A stretch of DNA of 64,000 nt from Felis catus (taxonomy: Eukaryota). The stretch spans positions 27,592,001 to 27,656,000 of the forward strand of contig NC_058368.1 of NCBI RefSeq assembly GCF_018350175.1, in the 5' to 3' direction. Shown in pieces: positions 36,721 through 50,577 of this stretch. Made by a program: the position numbers and the translations under genes. Position 1 is the stretch's first letter. Every line of letters starts with the position of its first letter. Under the pieces are notes generated by a model that ran no database searches, was not told the origin of the DNA, and saw only the letters and a program-made list of their open reading frames with translations.

Positions 36721-39700
36721 GGAACTCAGGTGTGTTCTTTTCTTGGAGGAAAACCGCCATCTTCAAACACATTGTCGAAAAAGAAAACGCAAAATCCTCA
36801 AATAAATCCTTATTGGGTAATTTAGGTCAGACCCACAGGATTATCAGAAAATGCCTTGATAATTAACATAAGGATTTGTCGTCCCGTCCCCTCTGAAAGC
36901 ACTTTGGATGGGCAGATAGTTTTCCAAGAGGCATCTACAGAAATACTAGCATCAGGAAGAGAAACTCGAGGCACCATCCTCGTCTGAAAGCAGATCAAAT
37001 CAGCAACATGTGTAGGTGCGTCTGCTTAATGGAGTGGGTGGAGAACAAGACCAAAGATGACTCAGTGTCAAGTGAAAAACATCTTCATATAGGGCTGAAC
37101 ATATGCAGATCCCATCAGAGTCACTTACAGATGTTAAGCAGCTTTGCACCTGCCTCTGTGAAAAATACTAATTGGCTTCCAGGTATAGTTGGACACCTGA
37201 CTGGCTGGGTTGCCAAGGAAAATTTTAAATCCTTGCGCCTGGCGAGTTTGCAGCATAGATGTACAGAGCATCCTGTGCACAACGGTGTATGTGCTCGACA
37301 TCAGCTCACACACCCAGCCCTAGGTAGAAAACTTAAAATAATGCAGTATTATCTCCCGGCCACCCACAAAATGGAGCAAAGATTCATGCCTGAAGCTGGA
37401 AATAAAAAATAGCAACTTCAAAGTCTGTGCTATTAGGCGGTGGGCGAGGTACTTCGCCCATTTATAAGAGAAAGGTTCAATTCGACATTCCAACTCTGTA
37501 CACATGCAAAATGGTTCTCGGATGAAAAAAATCAATGTTGCCATACTTTGCAAAAAATATTAATAATGACTTGAATAAACATCTCTCTTCAAGGTGTCCA
37601 GAACATTCAACGCGTCTCTCGTTATTTCCCACTCGTTTCTCATTGGTCTCACCGTCTCACTCTGTGGGCAGGTAGGTGGATGGTATTCCAGCAGGAGCAA
37701 ATGCGGCGAGGCAGGCTGGGGTGCTGGGCTGTGGGCCCAGAGCTCACCGATGGCCCAGCAGGAATCACGCCCCAGTGCCCCGACGCCGGATGCTGCCGCG
37801 GCTCCCAGCCTGATGCAAGCGTGACTGGTACGAAGGTGAAAAAGAGGCCAAGAGTAGGAGACGACAAAGGCAGTTTGGTTTATTAGGAGAAAGAAAAACT
37901 CTGACTGCCGCGCTGTGGATGTGTAACTCCCAGACAGCAAAGACCAAAAGCTCGGTTTCAGGCTAGGCAGCCTAAGAACCAGAAACGGATGCTACTGGGG
38001 GAACACAGGGGGGACACAAAACCTGAAGTCAAGCAGTCAACTGCTATGCATTTCCTTACTGAATCCAGAAAGTCGAAACCGTTACTGTAACACCAACACT
38101 GAGAAGCTTTAAACCTCTTTCGGTTGATCAATATGTCCCCTAAAGTCACATTATTCTATGATAATCCCACCACCGCCAATGAATGGGGCTCTGGACAATT
38201 ACTGCCTAAACTCCTGCTGATCTCCACTAACTAGGTTGTTTGTGGCTCCAGATGATTCCTTCAAACGGGTGACAGATTTGTCAGCCAGGTTCTTCTTCTT
38301 TCCCCAAGAGTAACTTTCAGCCAGGCTTTGGGGCAAAGCACACTATTCCCTGGATAGTAGGAAGTAGGAGAGACCCTCAGACCTCCTGACACCACACTTT
38401 ACTCACAGCCCTACGGGAAGAAGCTGTTAACAAACTGAGAGTGTTACTGGGCCATACATCAGACCCTAGGAACTGCCCGCTATGTATTCTTGCTCTGTGA
38501 AAAAATTCAACCCCAAAAGGAAGATGGTAACATATTAAAATAATGTATTTGTCTTTGTATTTCTGCATAGAACATATGTACTTCACACGTATTCTGAGCA
38601 AAAAAAATTCAAGTTAATGTTATCAGTTGCGTTGTTTTCAGGTTTCTCTGATTTTCCCCTTCGTTACATTTCTTAAAACTTAACATCCCACACACCATAC
38701 GCATTCTTGCAGTTCTCATACCATGGTAATATGTACTCAATTATGTCTGTACAGAAAATTGATGTTCCATACATAAATCCTGTCGGCAGAGCCAAATATA
38801 ACGCGTTCACCGTATGAGTCTGTATGCTGTTCTTAATTCACCAGACTGCTGTGAAAAACATCCCTCTCCGATGAAACAAAATTCAAGCTTGTATTTTATG
38901 ACAGACACACCCTATGTTGGCTCAACACCGTCAGTCCTGGTTCCTCCACCGATCTGAAGAACAGATCACAGGATGGGGCCTCAGGACAACACGAGACCCT
39001 CCCAGAACACTTAAGTGACTGCTGCATGCTCTGGCCGTGGGAGGTAATTACAAAGCGACCACTTTATGGGGCACGGCATGTGTGGGGGCGGTGGGATGAT
39101 GAAGGGTGAGATTGGAGAAACAGAGGGTCCACACCTACCTGGACTCCCCTCCTGTCAGAAGCTGGAAACTGAACAGTAGTAGCCTTATCCTTCACTTACA
39201 CTAAGTACGGAATCAGGCATCTGTGCCCACATACTCGGTAACACATTCTAGGGTAACAGTTCGGGTTGTATCAGCATTTCCACTACCAATGCCTACGTTT
39301 CGAGTTGTTTAGGCAGTTAGAAGTGCCGCAGACCAAAAACTGCTAGGGATACACCCGAGGCAAGGAAGAAGGAAACCAAGGGAACAGGCACTCTCTTTGG
39401 TATTTGCATTACAAGATACCTACAAAAATAAAATTTAAAGTATTACTGGGCTCATTTCTATTTTTTTTTTTCCCCCTTGCTTATTTTGGTATGCAGGGTA
39501 AAAACCCAAGTTTCACTAACGGCTTCTAAGAAAATCCACATGTTCACAATTTTGGTGCCTGACAGTTATCCTTAGAAGTAAACCAATCAATACCGTGTCC
39601 TGAGGGACACCCGGCCAGGCATCTCCTGAAGTGGAAATAAAAGAAATAAAAGCAGCGCCTGCATGAAAGCTCAGTGTAGACGAAGTTACGTTACATACAA

Positions 39701-41189
39701 GATTAGTGCCTTTTCTACAAGAGTTGTACGACAGAAAAAAATTGAGTGTAAATTCAATTTTAGCAAGTCAGACTTCATTTTCACTGTGCTGGGAAAATGA
39801 GACAGCTAAAAGTATTCCACAGTTTATCCTTTACAATTTTAAAGCAAAACAAACACAACAGTGTGTATGTATATATGTATGTATGTATTTAATTTTTACA
39901 CATTAGGTTAAAAAATCTGCTTGCAAGGGGAGAAAAGCCCAAACAAGTATATAGTATGTAAGTGTAAACCGGGACAGAATCAAGTGCTAACTGAATACCT
40001 ATGTCCCAAGAAGCTGAGGAACAAGGCATAAAATCAGACCCAAGCAGGGTTAATTAGGGAAGGTTGCATTTCTGTGTGTGCATGCGGCTTTCTGCAACAC
40101 CGTACTATAGAATGTGCCGGCACAATTTGAAAGATAGAGACCACGCAGATACAGTATGGCATCTCACCATCACAGGACAAACACTATTAGATTTCATCCT
40201 ACTCCAGAGGCAGAGAAGCCAAAACGTAAACACTTCTGAAGTCAACTCCTGATTATCCACATTTACAGAAGGAAAGAACAAAGGCAAGGGTAATCTAAGA
40301 GTAGATAGATGGAAGATCCTGGAGTTGGCTTTGGAATGTACTTATTCTTGAATACATGTGTATCTAACATTCAAGGAACGCACAAATCTCCTATGAATAG
40401 GAGAGTCATGCATAGTTATAAATCTCTGGAAGTTTGAAACCTTTTCACCATTTGATTAGAGCACCTTTCTGAAAGCATAGAAAATTAAGTGATAATCTCA
40501 AGACACATTCTTAGATTGGCAACTAAAGATCTATGGGTCCTACTAGACAAGCCTATAACTGTGCAAAATGTAATTTTGGAATTTGGCATAAAAGCGTGGC
40601 ATGAACAAATAACCCAGTCCACAGCTGGGAATATTGGCAAATGATTTTGAAATGTTCTACTGAGCACTGGCAATTCTCTTTCAAATGCCGTAAGTGATCT
40701 CTTCTTGGTTCAGTTGTCTCTCTTGTTAACCTTAATTTTTTCACTACCTCTCTGTTCCTTTCAATAAATTCAGCTTTCTTATTCTCATCTTTATCACACC
40801 GAGCAATTTCTTCATTTCTCCCCCAAGGTCTGCTGATTCAATTTCACACGCCATCTTCTGAACGTTGCTCTAGATGTTTTCGTAGGAAACTTCTGCCCAT
40901 GAAAGTTTCAAATAAAATCTCATCCCCACTGAAGTCAGAGAAACTCACGCTGCTAAACTCCTTAAGTGAACTCTCAGTATGTGCAGTTGGATGGATATCA
41001 CAAGCTTCCAGGGCAGAATAAAAGACATTAGGCACTCCTTGTTCATAACGCCAAATGTAACGCCAAATGACACGACCCTTCCCATAAGCCTTTCACAATC
41101 TATAACCCAAGGTTCACAAGCAAAGAATGAGTCAAGTCCCTTCATTTTACGATTCCCATGTGTCCAGAATTAGTTTAATACAATAGAGC

Positions 41190-41430
41190 ATGTAAAGAGC
41201 ATGTGCTTCAGAGTCAAGCCAAACTGGATTTGCATCCCAGTTTCACTGCTTACTAACTATGGAATTTTTGGCAAGGTTCCTAAACTCCTCTGACCTTACC
41301 TCTCTTTCTCCATCTGTGAAATGGGGGATACAGATAGTAACTATCTCTTAGGGGTACTGTGAAAATTAAAAGAGAAAATGTAGGTAGGAGGCTTGGCACA
41401 TGGTGTTCAACAAATATTTGCTATTATTAA
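41190..41430 (+). mobile_element. MIR
   Basis: ctggatttgcatcccagtttcactgcttactaactat...ggcaag...catctgtgaaatggggata. Confidence 0.8.
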
Positions 41431-43408
41431 TAAAATCTCTTGAACTTACACTAACAAGCCGATTCTAATTTCTTAGTCTTTAGCACTACTGCTTAGATGT
41501 CAATACTGAACCAATATCTCAATGTGATTTCCATCTTGTCAAAATTGAATTAAGTTTCCCACCGTTGATTTAAATTTCCAGGGGCATCTTCCCCCCCTTA
41601 AGTTGAGGAACTAATGTGAAATTTATGGCCAATTTTAACCTGAGTGATCATACTCTGCCCATCTGAAATAAAACTCTTTCTTGATGTTGGAGATTGCATA
41701 TCTATAGTATATAATAGTCTGTTCAGACTTAAAGTGTTGACCAGTGCGGCTAGGCACTATTGAATTGAGCAGAGGGGGACAGGGGGTTATTATGGCAGGA
41801 AGAGAAATGAATAGTACTTAATGAACTTGCATTTCAATTGAGCAGGGTTTTTAATAAAAAAAAAAAAGCTTTTTATAAATTCTTTTGCTCAGCAACAATA
41901 AAAAAAGGAAAAGAGCACTCAACTGGGAACAATAGCTGCTCAGCTCATAAAAATCATTAGAAGGAACATTTTCTTTGTCGACCATGCCCAGCAATTTTAC
42001 TGGTGGGCAATGATCCAAATCACTTAGATTCTACCTAAAAAAATGAGTCCAGAGAACTTCTCAACTTTTCCAGCTAATAAGTTAAAATTCTAATTTCCTA
42101 ATGTGTATAACTCTGCCATAAATAAAATTCAGCTCGTAATTGACGGAATGCTTTTGACAAGTAGATGATACTGATCTAGCGTTAACGGGATATGCTCTCT
42201 GGGTTGCCTTTCTGTTAGGAGGGAAGCACAATGCTGACACATTCACTTTGCTACCATCAAATCCTCCTTGGAGCCAGAGGCCTTTAAGGAGGTGACTGTG
42301 GGCAAGGGGCTGAGTGCCTGTGGATGGCGTGGTTGCCAATGTGCAAAATGAGCCGATCTACTTAGATATTTAACTTTGCACCACGGCCCCTGTAGTTCAT
42401 TCTAAGTGAGTTGAGTCAGGGAAACTTCAGTATTTTTGACATTAAGAGCCTAGCTGATTCATCTTCTCCTACGTATGTCATTAAACCACCTTAAGCTAAT
42501 TGCCAAATGTGTCGGAAATATGTCATTAAAGGCTCTTTTCTGTGTTCAAGGTTCCCCATGACAACAAAAGAATTTCTGTCCTTGGATATGATATGTTATT
42601 TCTAATGACCATGCTGGTCATCACAAGCATGACTGGTAATACGACTCTTTAATATTTCTTATTTCAAAAGTATCAGGCAAAAAAAAAAAAAGTTCTCTGT
42701 TTTTAAGAATCTGTTTTTCTATTTAGTTTGAGCATATTACACATTTTAAGAATAAATGTATTTTATAACTTTACTGCCTCACATAATTTTCAAACCAAAT
42801 AAAGGAAATGGTTTGAAGACTAAAACAATGTCTTCCAAAATCACCATACTTTTTTTTTTCCCTTACTGGACTTCTCTCCACTTTTGACTTTAGGCTGGAG
42901 ATTGCACCACCAATTATAGTCTAAGTGGCATTCTATGCTCCCTTTAATTAACTGTCCATTTGACTTACATTTTCTCTGGAATCTGGGAAGTAATTGTTTT
43001 TTTTTTAAAAGGTCTTTCCTGCTTCCTCAGATTGCATCTAAGATGTAAGAATAAACAGAAACTGCAGTATCAACGAAGAACCTAATTAAGAAGAATATGC
43101 AATGACAGCAAATATGTAAAAGCCATCTTTACTGAGGATAAGTGACGATTCAAATAAGCTTTTTAGATAATAAGGAGTTGAGGGTGGGTAGCTTTTAAAA
43201 TTCTATTCCGTAAGTACAATGCCATTTGCAGAATGACTACTAAATTAATATCTACCTAAAGTAGTAGTTGTGTCATCTGAAACTACTCTAGCTAGTTTAC
43301 TTGAATTCCACACTCCTGACAACATTTTGAAAGCAATGCCTTAACTGACTTGAGTAAGGAGACGAGAATCTAAACCCTGCCCTGCTACATATTAAAAATG
43401 GCCACTAT

Positions 43409-43620
43409 GGGGCGCCTGGGTGGCTCAGTGGGTTAGGCGGCCGACTTCGGCTCAGGTCATGATCTCGCAGTCCAGGAGTTCGAGGCCCGCGTCGGGCTCT
43501 GTGCTGACAGCTCAGAGCCTGGAGCCTGTTTCAGATTCTGTGTCTCCCTCTCTCTGACCCTCCCCCGTTCATGCTCTCTGTCTCAAAAATAAAGAAACGT
43601 TAAAAAAAAAAATTTATTTA
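43409..43620 (+). mobile_element. CanSINE
   Basis: Perfect TSD aaaaatggccacta at 43394 and 43621. Confidence 0.96.
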
Positions 43621-43649
43621 AAAAATGGCCACTAATCCACTAATTCTTT

Positions 43650-44020
43650 CACTATCTTCTCTATCCTCTCCCTCTGAGACTTGGCATTCTCTGTGCCTAT
43701 CGGAACCACTGCCGGTTTTCAGACCCGGCCTCAGTTTGCAGCTTCTACTTCCTGTCCCTTCACTTTCTTTGTAACACGGCCACCAGAATGTGATGATGCT
43801 TCTCTCCACAGCTCCATGGAGAAGCCTATTCGGACAGCAAGTGAGGCTCCTGGCTGACTTGTCCTGGTGAACTTCCCAGCCAAAACCGGTCCCGACTTGC
43901 CAGCCACATGAAGTGGCTCCTCCAGAGACAGCTGATGCTGCATGGAATAGAGACGAACTGTCCCCACCATGTACCCAAACTGCAGATTCAAGAGTAAAAT
44001 TAATGATTACTGGAACACAC
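43650..44020 (+). mobile_element. MaLR LTR (MLT1G/H-like)
   Basis: cttgccagccacatgaagtgg...cagctgatgctgcatggaatagagacgaactgtccccacc...cccaaactgcagattc. Confidence 0.65.
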
Positions 44021-44395
44021 CTTTAAACCTGAATTCAAGGTATTCTGAAAGATTTTAAATTAAATGGGCAGTGAACAAAGCAATAATTCTATTTTTTGAG
44101 CATTTGCTATGTGACTAAATGCTTTACATATCCTTATTTCCCACAATAACCTTATTAAATAGGATTATTTTCTCTATTTTATAAATGAGGTCACTATAGA
44201 CTTGCAGATTAACTGCCCAAGATCACGTAACAGAAGGAGAGTATTCAAAGCTGTATCTTGTCAGACTCTTAGGCACATGCTTAGCAGGAAAATGGGATGA
44301 AGGAAAGAAATTCCAAGCTAATGCTACAGGCTCAAATTCTCATAAAATACAGTATGGATTAGAAAATAGCATGTCAATTAAAACGTATATCCTGA

Positions 44396-44620
44396 GGGGC
44401 GCCTGGGTGGCTCAGTTGGTTGGGCGTTCGACTTCGGCTCACGTCACAATCTCGCAGTTGGTGGGTTCGAGCCCCGCATCGAGCTCTGTGCTGACAGCTC
44501 AGAGCCTGAAGCCTGCTTCAAATTCTGTGTCTCCTCCTCTCTTTGCCCCTCCCATGCTCATGCTCTGTCTCGCTCGGTCTCTCAATAATAAATAAACGTT
44601 AAACAAAATAATTTTTTTTT
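44396..44620 (+). mobile_element. CanSINE
   Basis: Standard head and tail; degenerate TSD taaaac...tcctga. Confidence 0.93.
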
Positions 44621-45283
44621 AAAACAGTGTGTCCTGAGAACACCCCAATATTGCTTAAGATAACTTTTAAAATTAGTGGTACCATTTTTTAAAACACACT
44701 ATTTGGAAAACAACATTTTCTCAGTGCTCACAACTTCGTATCTGCCGTGTGCAAGTGCTCCATACTAAAAAGAGGTTATGAAGATGAACGACAATATTCT
44801 TGCTCCAATGGTTCTTGCATTTTTGAGAAATAAGGCATGTTACACAAAGAGTTTTTTTCCACAAGGTACCAAGTTGTAACTATCATGAGTGAGGAATAAA
44901 GTGCTATGGGAATTTATTCATTCATTCAACAAATATTTATTGAATGCCAACGCAGCAGTGAACAGATAGATATGGTCCCTGCTCTCAGAGAACTGACAAC
45001 TCATGGTATTACTTTTGCTGGAAACGCCAGAAAGACAGGGATACATTTTAGCTTGGCCTTGAATATTCCTGCGCTTTTGGCAGGTGCAGATGCAGGGATC
45101 AGGGCATTCAAGGTACAGGGATAACAATGACCAGAAAAACGAAAAACCCTAATGCACAAGAAAATTAGGACATCCATGGGGACTTTAAAGTGAGAACAAT
45201 ATTTTAGTGATCCTAAGATTCAACTGATTTTCAGTGAGATCATTATTTTATGTACCAAAGGAAAAAGTACTTAAAATTTACAG

Positions 45284-45480
45284 CAGTGGCTCTCAACCAG
45301 GGGCGATTTTCCCTCCAAGGAACATTTGGCAATGTCTGCAAACATTTCTGGTTGTCACCCTGAGGGGGTGCTATTGGCCTTTAGCAGTTAAGGGCAGGGA
45401 TGTTGCTAATTATCTCACAATGCACAGGAGAGAGGAATTACTCAACTCAAGATGTCAATATTGCGAATATTGAGAACCAT
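45284..45480 (+). mobile_element. MER20 hAT MITE
   Basis: cagtggctctcaaccaggggcgattttccctcc...acatttggcaatgtctg...ggttgtcac...gggatgttgctaa...caatgcacagga. Confidence 0.88.
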
Positions 45481-46589
45481 CAAACTATATAGGATGTCAT
45501 AAATTGAGAGATGCAACTAGAATATTAAAAAAGTATTTGAAGACAGATGAAGTATAGTGGCTCAGTTTACCTGGGATGACCCAGGATTTATAAAGGATTA
45601 CAGGAAAATATTGCTGGTACCCGGTATCTGAATCTGTTTTCTCAACTTTGGGATAGTAAAGTGATGATGACTGGGGCTCTATGAGATAATAATTCCATGC
45701 AGTATAAAAGGCTGGCCCTTCATGATCATGCGTCCATCTATTGCTTTTGAGAAACCTTGTACTGTAATCACACTAATAAATCTTATTTCTACTAATTGTG
45801 ACTGATCTCAGGGGAAACAACACTGACTCACCGATCATGTGGTATATTTCTTACTAATTGTATTTAAAGCCCAGCTCTTAAGCCACTTATTCTCTGAGGC
45901 TCCTCCTTATGCTCTCAGCTTAAAATATTCTCTTTTTCTTTGAACTTCTTTAGCATATCACCTGTACTTCCCTAATAGCGTTCCTGTGATTTATCTTTCC
46001 TCTAAATATAACTTTTGGGGGAGTCAAGATCCATGGTTAGTTCACACCTGTAACTCTCAGAGGACCCACTATAGTGCCTTCACATCATAGGTGGTCAATA
46101 AATACTTGCAAAATGAATAATTGAATAAATATACAGTACTGGAAGGCTGTAATTAAAGACAAATTCCTCAGACTTTTCCTACGTCTTTTCAGCCTTTCCT
46201 CACAGGGCTCATTTTGCAAATCTTTAATCATTTTAGTAGCTCTCCAAGTTCTCATGCTTCACTTATAGGGTCTCAGAGAGAACAGAGTTCTTTAACAAGT
46301 CCTAACCACTACTTTACAAAACACCATTTAGTAAATTCGATGGAGTTTCCGATCATTTCCCCATGGGATGGCAGTCAGTGTTTGATCTCAAAACATGTAA
46401 AGCACCTTACACAGGCAGAGTACTAAAGTCCTCTGAGGAAACAAGGGACAATGTGAATATAAATAGAAGCAGTTAAGAAAATCTCTACTAATTGCTCACA
46501 AATCCCACGTTACTGATGATGACACTTGAGTGAGGGAGGGGAGCCGGGGGACCTTAGGACTAATGAACAAAAATCTTACACTGTGTAAC

Positions 46590-46666
46590 TACCACAGAGA
46601 AAGGAGGAAAATAAGCAAAGTGTTCCTTTAAAAGATAATAAACAGATAGATTATTAATATTTTATT
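46590..46666 (-). terminator. DNAJC15: Proximal polyadenylation signal of DNAJC15 (AATAAA plus downstream U-rich element)
   Basis: TTTATT on + at 46661-46666 is AATAAA on -, about 145 nt after the stop codon. There is a TGTA upstream and a pyrimidine/U-rich run (ctttgcttattttcctcctttctctgtgg) downstream at about 46620-46590. Confidence 0.6.
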
Positions 46667-46808
46667 ATTATATACCTTAATATTGAAATAAATGATTGTG
46701 GTCAATACATGTACGGAAACTGTGAAGGTCGTGGCTTAGATTAATTTGCAGGCCTTTCTTGCTTTAAATTCCCCCTTCTCTTCCTTCAGAGTGCTTCTTG
46801 GGCATCAA

Positions 46809-46879
46809 TCAATGTTTGGTGGTTGCTTCCAGCAAGTCTTTTGCTTCATTTATTTTGGTTGCTAAGTAAGGAGATCCAC
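46809..46879 (-). CDS. DNAJC15: DNAJC15 last coding exon (J-domain helix III and C-terminus)
   Basis: Acceptor ttttttctttgtcctcctag| at 46881-46880. Joined in phase 1 to the upstream exon it gives G-GT GGA TCT CCT TAC TTA ... AAA CAT TGA = GGSPYLATKINEAKDLLEATTKH*; the TTKH C-terminus is DNAJC15-type. Confidence 0.96.
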
Positions 46880-48484
46880 CTAGGAGGACAAAGAAAAAAC
46901 AAATGGATTAAAACTTCATCACTGACATTTTTAAAAGTCTCAAATAAAGAAAAACACTCGTAATTGGAATCCTCTGATATTTTCCCACACATTCATCCTG
47001 TTGACAAATTATTTTTAAGCTAAGTAGAAATCATAACAGCATAAATTAAATTTGTTTAGTGAAGCACTACAGATACCCAACAATCAAAGATAACCTCTGA
47101 GGAAAATAATGAAAGAAAGCTATGATCAGGAATAATTTGAACACTCAAACATTTCATTGGTCAGACACTGCCATTCAAATATTTGATCACAGAATTTTCT
47201 GAAATTAAGTGGATGGTTAGGTAAATAAAATAATGGTCTCTGTTCAAGACTTTTTTTCTGTAAAGAGAAGAATATTCATCTATGAAGGAGGGTATCTTTC
47301 TGAAGGAGGTAAAGCAATCCACAGGAACTTTCAGAGATGTATCAAACCATACATGTCCACAAAAATGAAAAACATGTTAGAAAATCAACTATGTACTATC
47401 CAATCCTAAAAATCATATTTACTAATGTAGATGAATGAACTAATAAATGAGTGGTAATAAAAATAATGTTTAAAGGAAATGCTCTCTGTTCTCCAAAATA
47501 ATCCTATTAGGATACTTATGTATACTTGAGTAGTCTTAGATTCACTGTACCCTAAAAGAAAATTACATCAGTTCTTTTTTTTAGAATTCTTTCTAATGCA
47601 AATAGTAAGAAGGAAATTGAGCTGATTTTCAAACTCAGAATCATTATAAATCACAAACAGAACCTAACTGACATACAAAAATACTAGCCCCAAACAGTCA
47701 CATTAGGCTATTTAAGCATTATATGCCTTCTCATTTCTACCCCTGAACATTTTTACTGCTTAACGCTTGAGCTAACAATCATATTATGGTTCACCTATCT
47801 CTCTGTGTTTGTTTTTATTTTTTTACTCTCCCCTTGAGTACAAACCATCTATGGCTTTTGAAAACCTCATAAGACCTCACTAGCTTACAAAAAAACAAAA
47901 TACACCTAGATAGCATTGGTGTGTAAATTGTCCAGGTTTTATCCAAGCCTTTCATTAATATGGTACCACCCACTTTACATAGGAATAAAAAAGCAGGGAA
48001 ACAAATCAACAAACATGGTTATAGCAGAAAGGGCAATGCCGGAGGAAGCTATATTTAGCTTTTTGCCCTTGAGGATAATACTGACATTTTTACATCAAGA
48101 TTTGAACTGCTATAAACACTTATGGAATATATCAAGGAGTGTCCTTGAATATACAGTAAGAATTACAAGCAACGTTGATGAAAGTTTCCATATGCACTTG
48201 GTTATGAAATAAACTGATTTCATGATTATCTTTGAAAATGATCTTAACTTAGGTAATGTCAATCTTGGAAAGCTGTTTAAATGTTTAGAGTTACCAAGGC
48301 AATGCCAGGCATTCTGCATGTCCTCAACAAATATTAAAATATTAATTGAATTCAAATATAACCTGTAATTGATTGATATGCACTCTGGATATTGAAATCG
48401 TAACATGCTCATTTAGCAATTAGCAGACAGAAAAAAGCCCACACTGGGCTCTGCACAGGGCGTGGAGCCTACTTAAAAACAAAT

Positions 48485-49440
48485 TGAAACTTTCCCCTTA
48501 TCTCACACCATATACAAAAATTGATTCCAGTTTATTACAAATACAATTATGTCAGGTAAAAGATTTCAGAAATTATCTTCATGACCTTGAGACAGGCAAA
48601 AATTTCGTAAACAGAGAAAAAATGCACTAGGTATAAAGGAAAAATCTGACAAACTGGACTTTATTAACATTGATATTTTTTTCTTAAGTTTATTTAATTA
48701 TTTTGAGAGAGAGAGAATGTGTGCAGGTGTGCATGAGTTGGGGAGGGACAGAGAGAGAGGGAAAGAGAGAATCCCAAGCAGGCTCTGTGGTGTCAGTGCA
48801 GAGCCTGACATGGGGCTCAATCTCACAAACCAGGAGATCATGACCTGAGCTGCAATCAAGAGTCAGATGCTTAGCCAACTGAACCACCCACACACCCCTA
48901 AAATTAAGAATTTCTGTTCAATGAATGGACACCATTAAGAGGCAAAAGCAAGACACAGAGAGAAGATATTTACAACACAAAAGACTCATGTCTAGAATGT
49001 TAGAATATATAATGTTCTCAAACGTCAATAAGAAAAGGAGACAACACAACAAAAAATGAATAAATGGAGAATATATATTCGTACCATGGAATACTATACA
49101 GCAATACAAATGAATGAATCATTTCTATAACATTCACTGCTACATAAATGAATCTCACAAAGATAATAAATGAAAGAAGATGAATACGGAAGACTGCACA
49201 CTACAGGATTCCACTTACATGACATTCACAAAAAGGCAAAGCTAATCTATGGCTATAAAAGCCTGACAGTGGTCACCTCTGAAGAGTGGGGAATGACAGG
49301 AAAAGTACCTGAGGAGAGATTTGTACGGTTTTATTTCTTAATCTGGGTAATAGCTGCATAAATGAATTCATTTTGTGACAATTCATTGAGTTGTATACTT
49401 ATCACCTATGTACTTTCATGAATGTATATTTCAATTTTGA
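48485..49440 (+). mobile_element. Old L1 (L1ME-like) 3' fragment interrupted by a CanSINE (-, about 48680-48898)
   Basis: tatctcacaccatatacaaaaatt..., aaaattaagaatttctgttca, aaaggcaaagctaatctatgg, attcattgagttgtatactta. Confidence 0.75.
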
Positions 49441-49724
49441 AAAGCTTATTGAAAAATTTACTGAGGTATGTCGACCTCCTGCAGTCTGATGACACTACAA
49501 ATTCATACTGTCCAAAAATCACTAGGTTCAACAAACCTATGATCAAGACCATGATGATGAGGGTAGTGACTAGGCGTTATTTGGTGTTTCCAATTCTATT
49601 TTCATAAATTAAAGAGTCTAAATCACAAAACAAAGTGTAGTAAGTTGCCCAACACCAGCCACAGAGTTCATATGAAGTGGAACCAGGATTCCTAGGAAGC
49701 CTGGCTCCTGAGCTGCCCATATTC

Positions 49725-49833
49725 TTCTTTTTTAAAAGATTTTAAAGTAATCTCTCTACCCAATGTGGGGTCAAACTGACAACCCCAAGATCAAGAGTCA
49801 TACACTCCACTGACTGGGCCAGCCAGGTACCCC
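49725..49833 (-). mobile_element. Short old CanSINE (SINEC_c-like)
   Basis: taaagtaatctctctacccaatgtgggg...caaccccaagatcaagagtc...gccagccaggtacccc. Confidence 0.8.
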
Positions 49834-50179
49834 AAGATGGCAATCTTCTTGATCACCATACCACACCATTTTGTTTACAAGATTTCTTGGGTATTAAATT
49901 CCTATCGTATCGAACATGTGGTTGTTGTAGACCTTTTCTGCTTTCTTCAAGCCCATAATCCCATCCTAGGCCATCCCCTTCCTTCTAGAGAAGATTGAAA
50001 TCATGAGTGTGATTTATCATTTGAAGTATATATCTATGTACCCATTAGATAATAAATACCTTGAAGAACAACCTTATATCTCTGTATTATCAACACAGCT
50101 CTGAGTACACCGATGGGGCTTGAGGTACTCTTTGTGGAGGAGTAGAAAAAGTGATGAGTTACTATCTATTATTTTCTTA

Positions 50180-50382
50180 AAAGTTTTTCTTTAAGTTTAT
50201 TTATTTTGAGAGAAAGAGACAACAAGGGAGTGACAGAGAGAGGCAGAAAGAGAACCTCAAGCAACCTTCACATTGTCAGCATAGAGCTAGACACGGGGCT
50301 CAAACTCACCAACGTGTGAGATCATGACCTGAGCTGAAATCAAGAGTCAAACACTTAACTGACCAAGCCCATCCAGGCACCC
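50180..50382 (-). mobile_element. CanSINE
   Basis: gagatcatgacctgagctgaaatcaagagtc...ccaggcacccc. Confidence 0.88.
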
Positions 50383-50577
50383 CATATTATTTTTCTTGCA
50401 TCAGGTACCAGCTTCATAGAAGAAAAACCACTCCAAAGACCCAAAGATACGGAAAACAGTAACAAGAGTGTCACGAGTAGGTGCTTTAAAAAATAAATGT
50501 CTGCAAAACAGCTGAGTAAGAAATCCTAACAAGTACAAAAGAAAATAAATATTCTATGATTAGTAAGTGTTTCAAAG

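Noticed and set aside
41046..41069. 12-bp tandem duplication taacgccaaatg x2
   Set aside because: Ordinary slippage microduplication with no evident consequence.
40485..41145. Overlapping minus-strand ORFs that looked like a possible exon or pseudogene
   Set aside because: No frame gave a recognisable protein or consistent splice sites.
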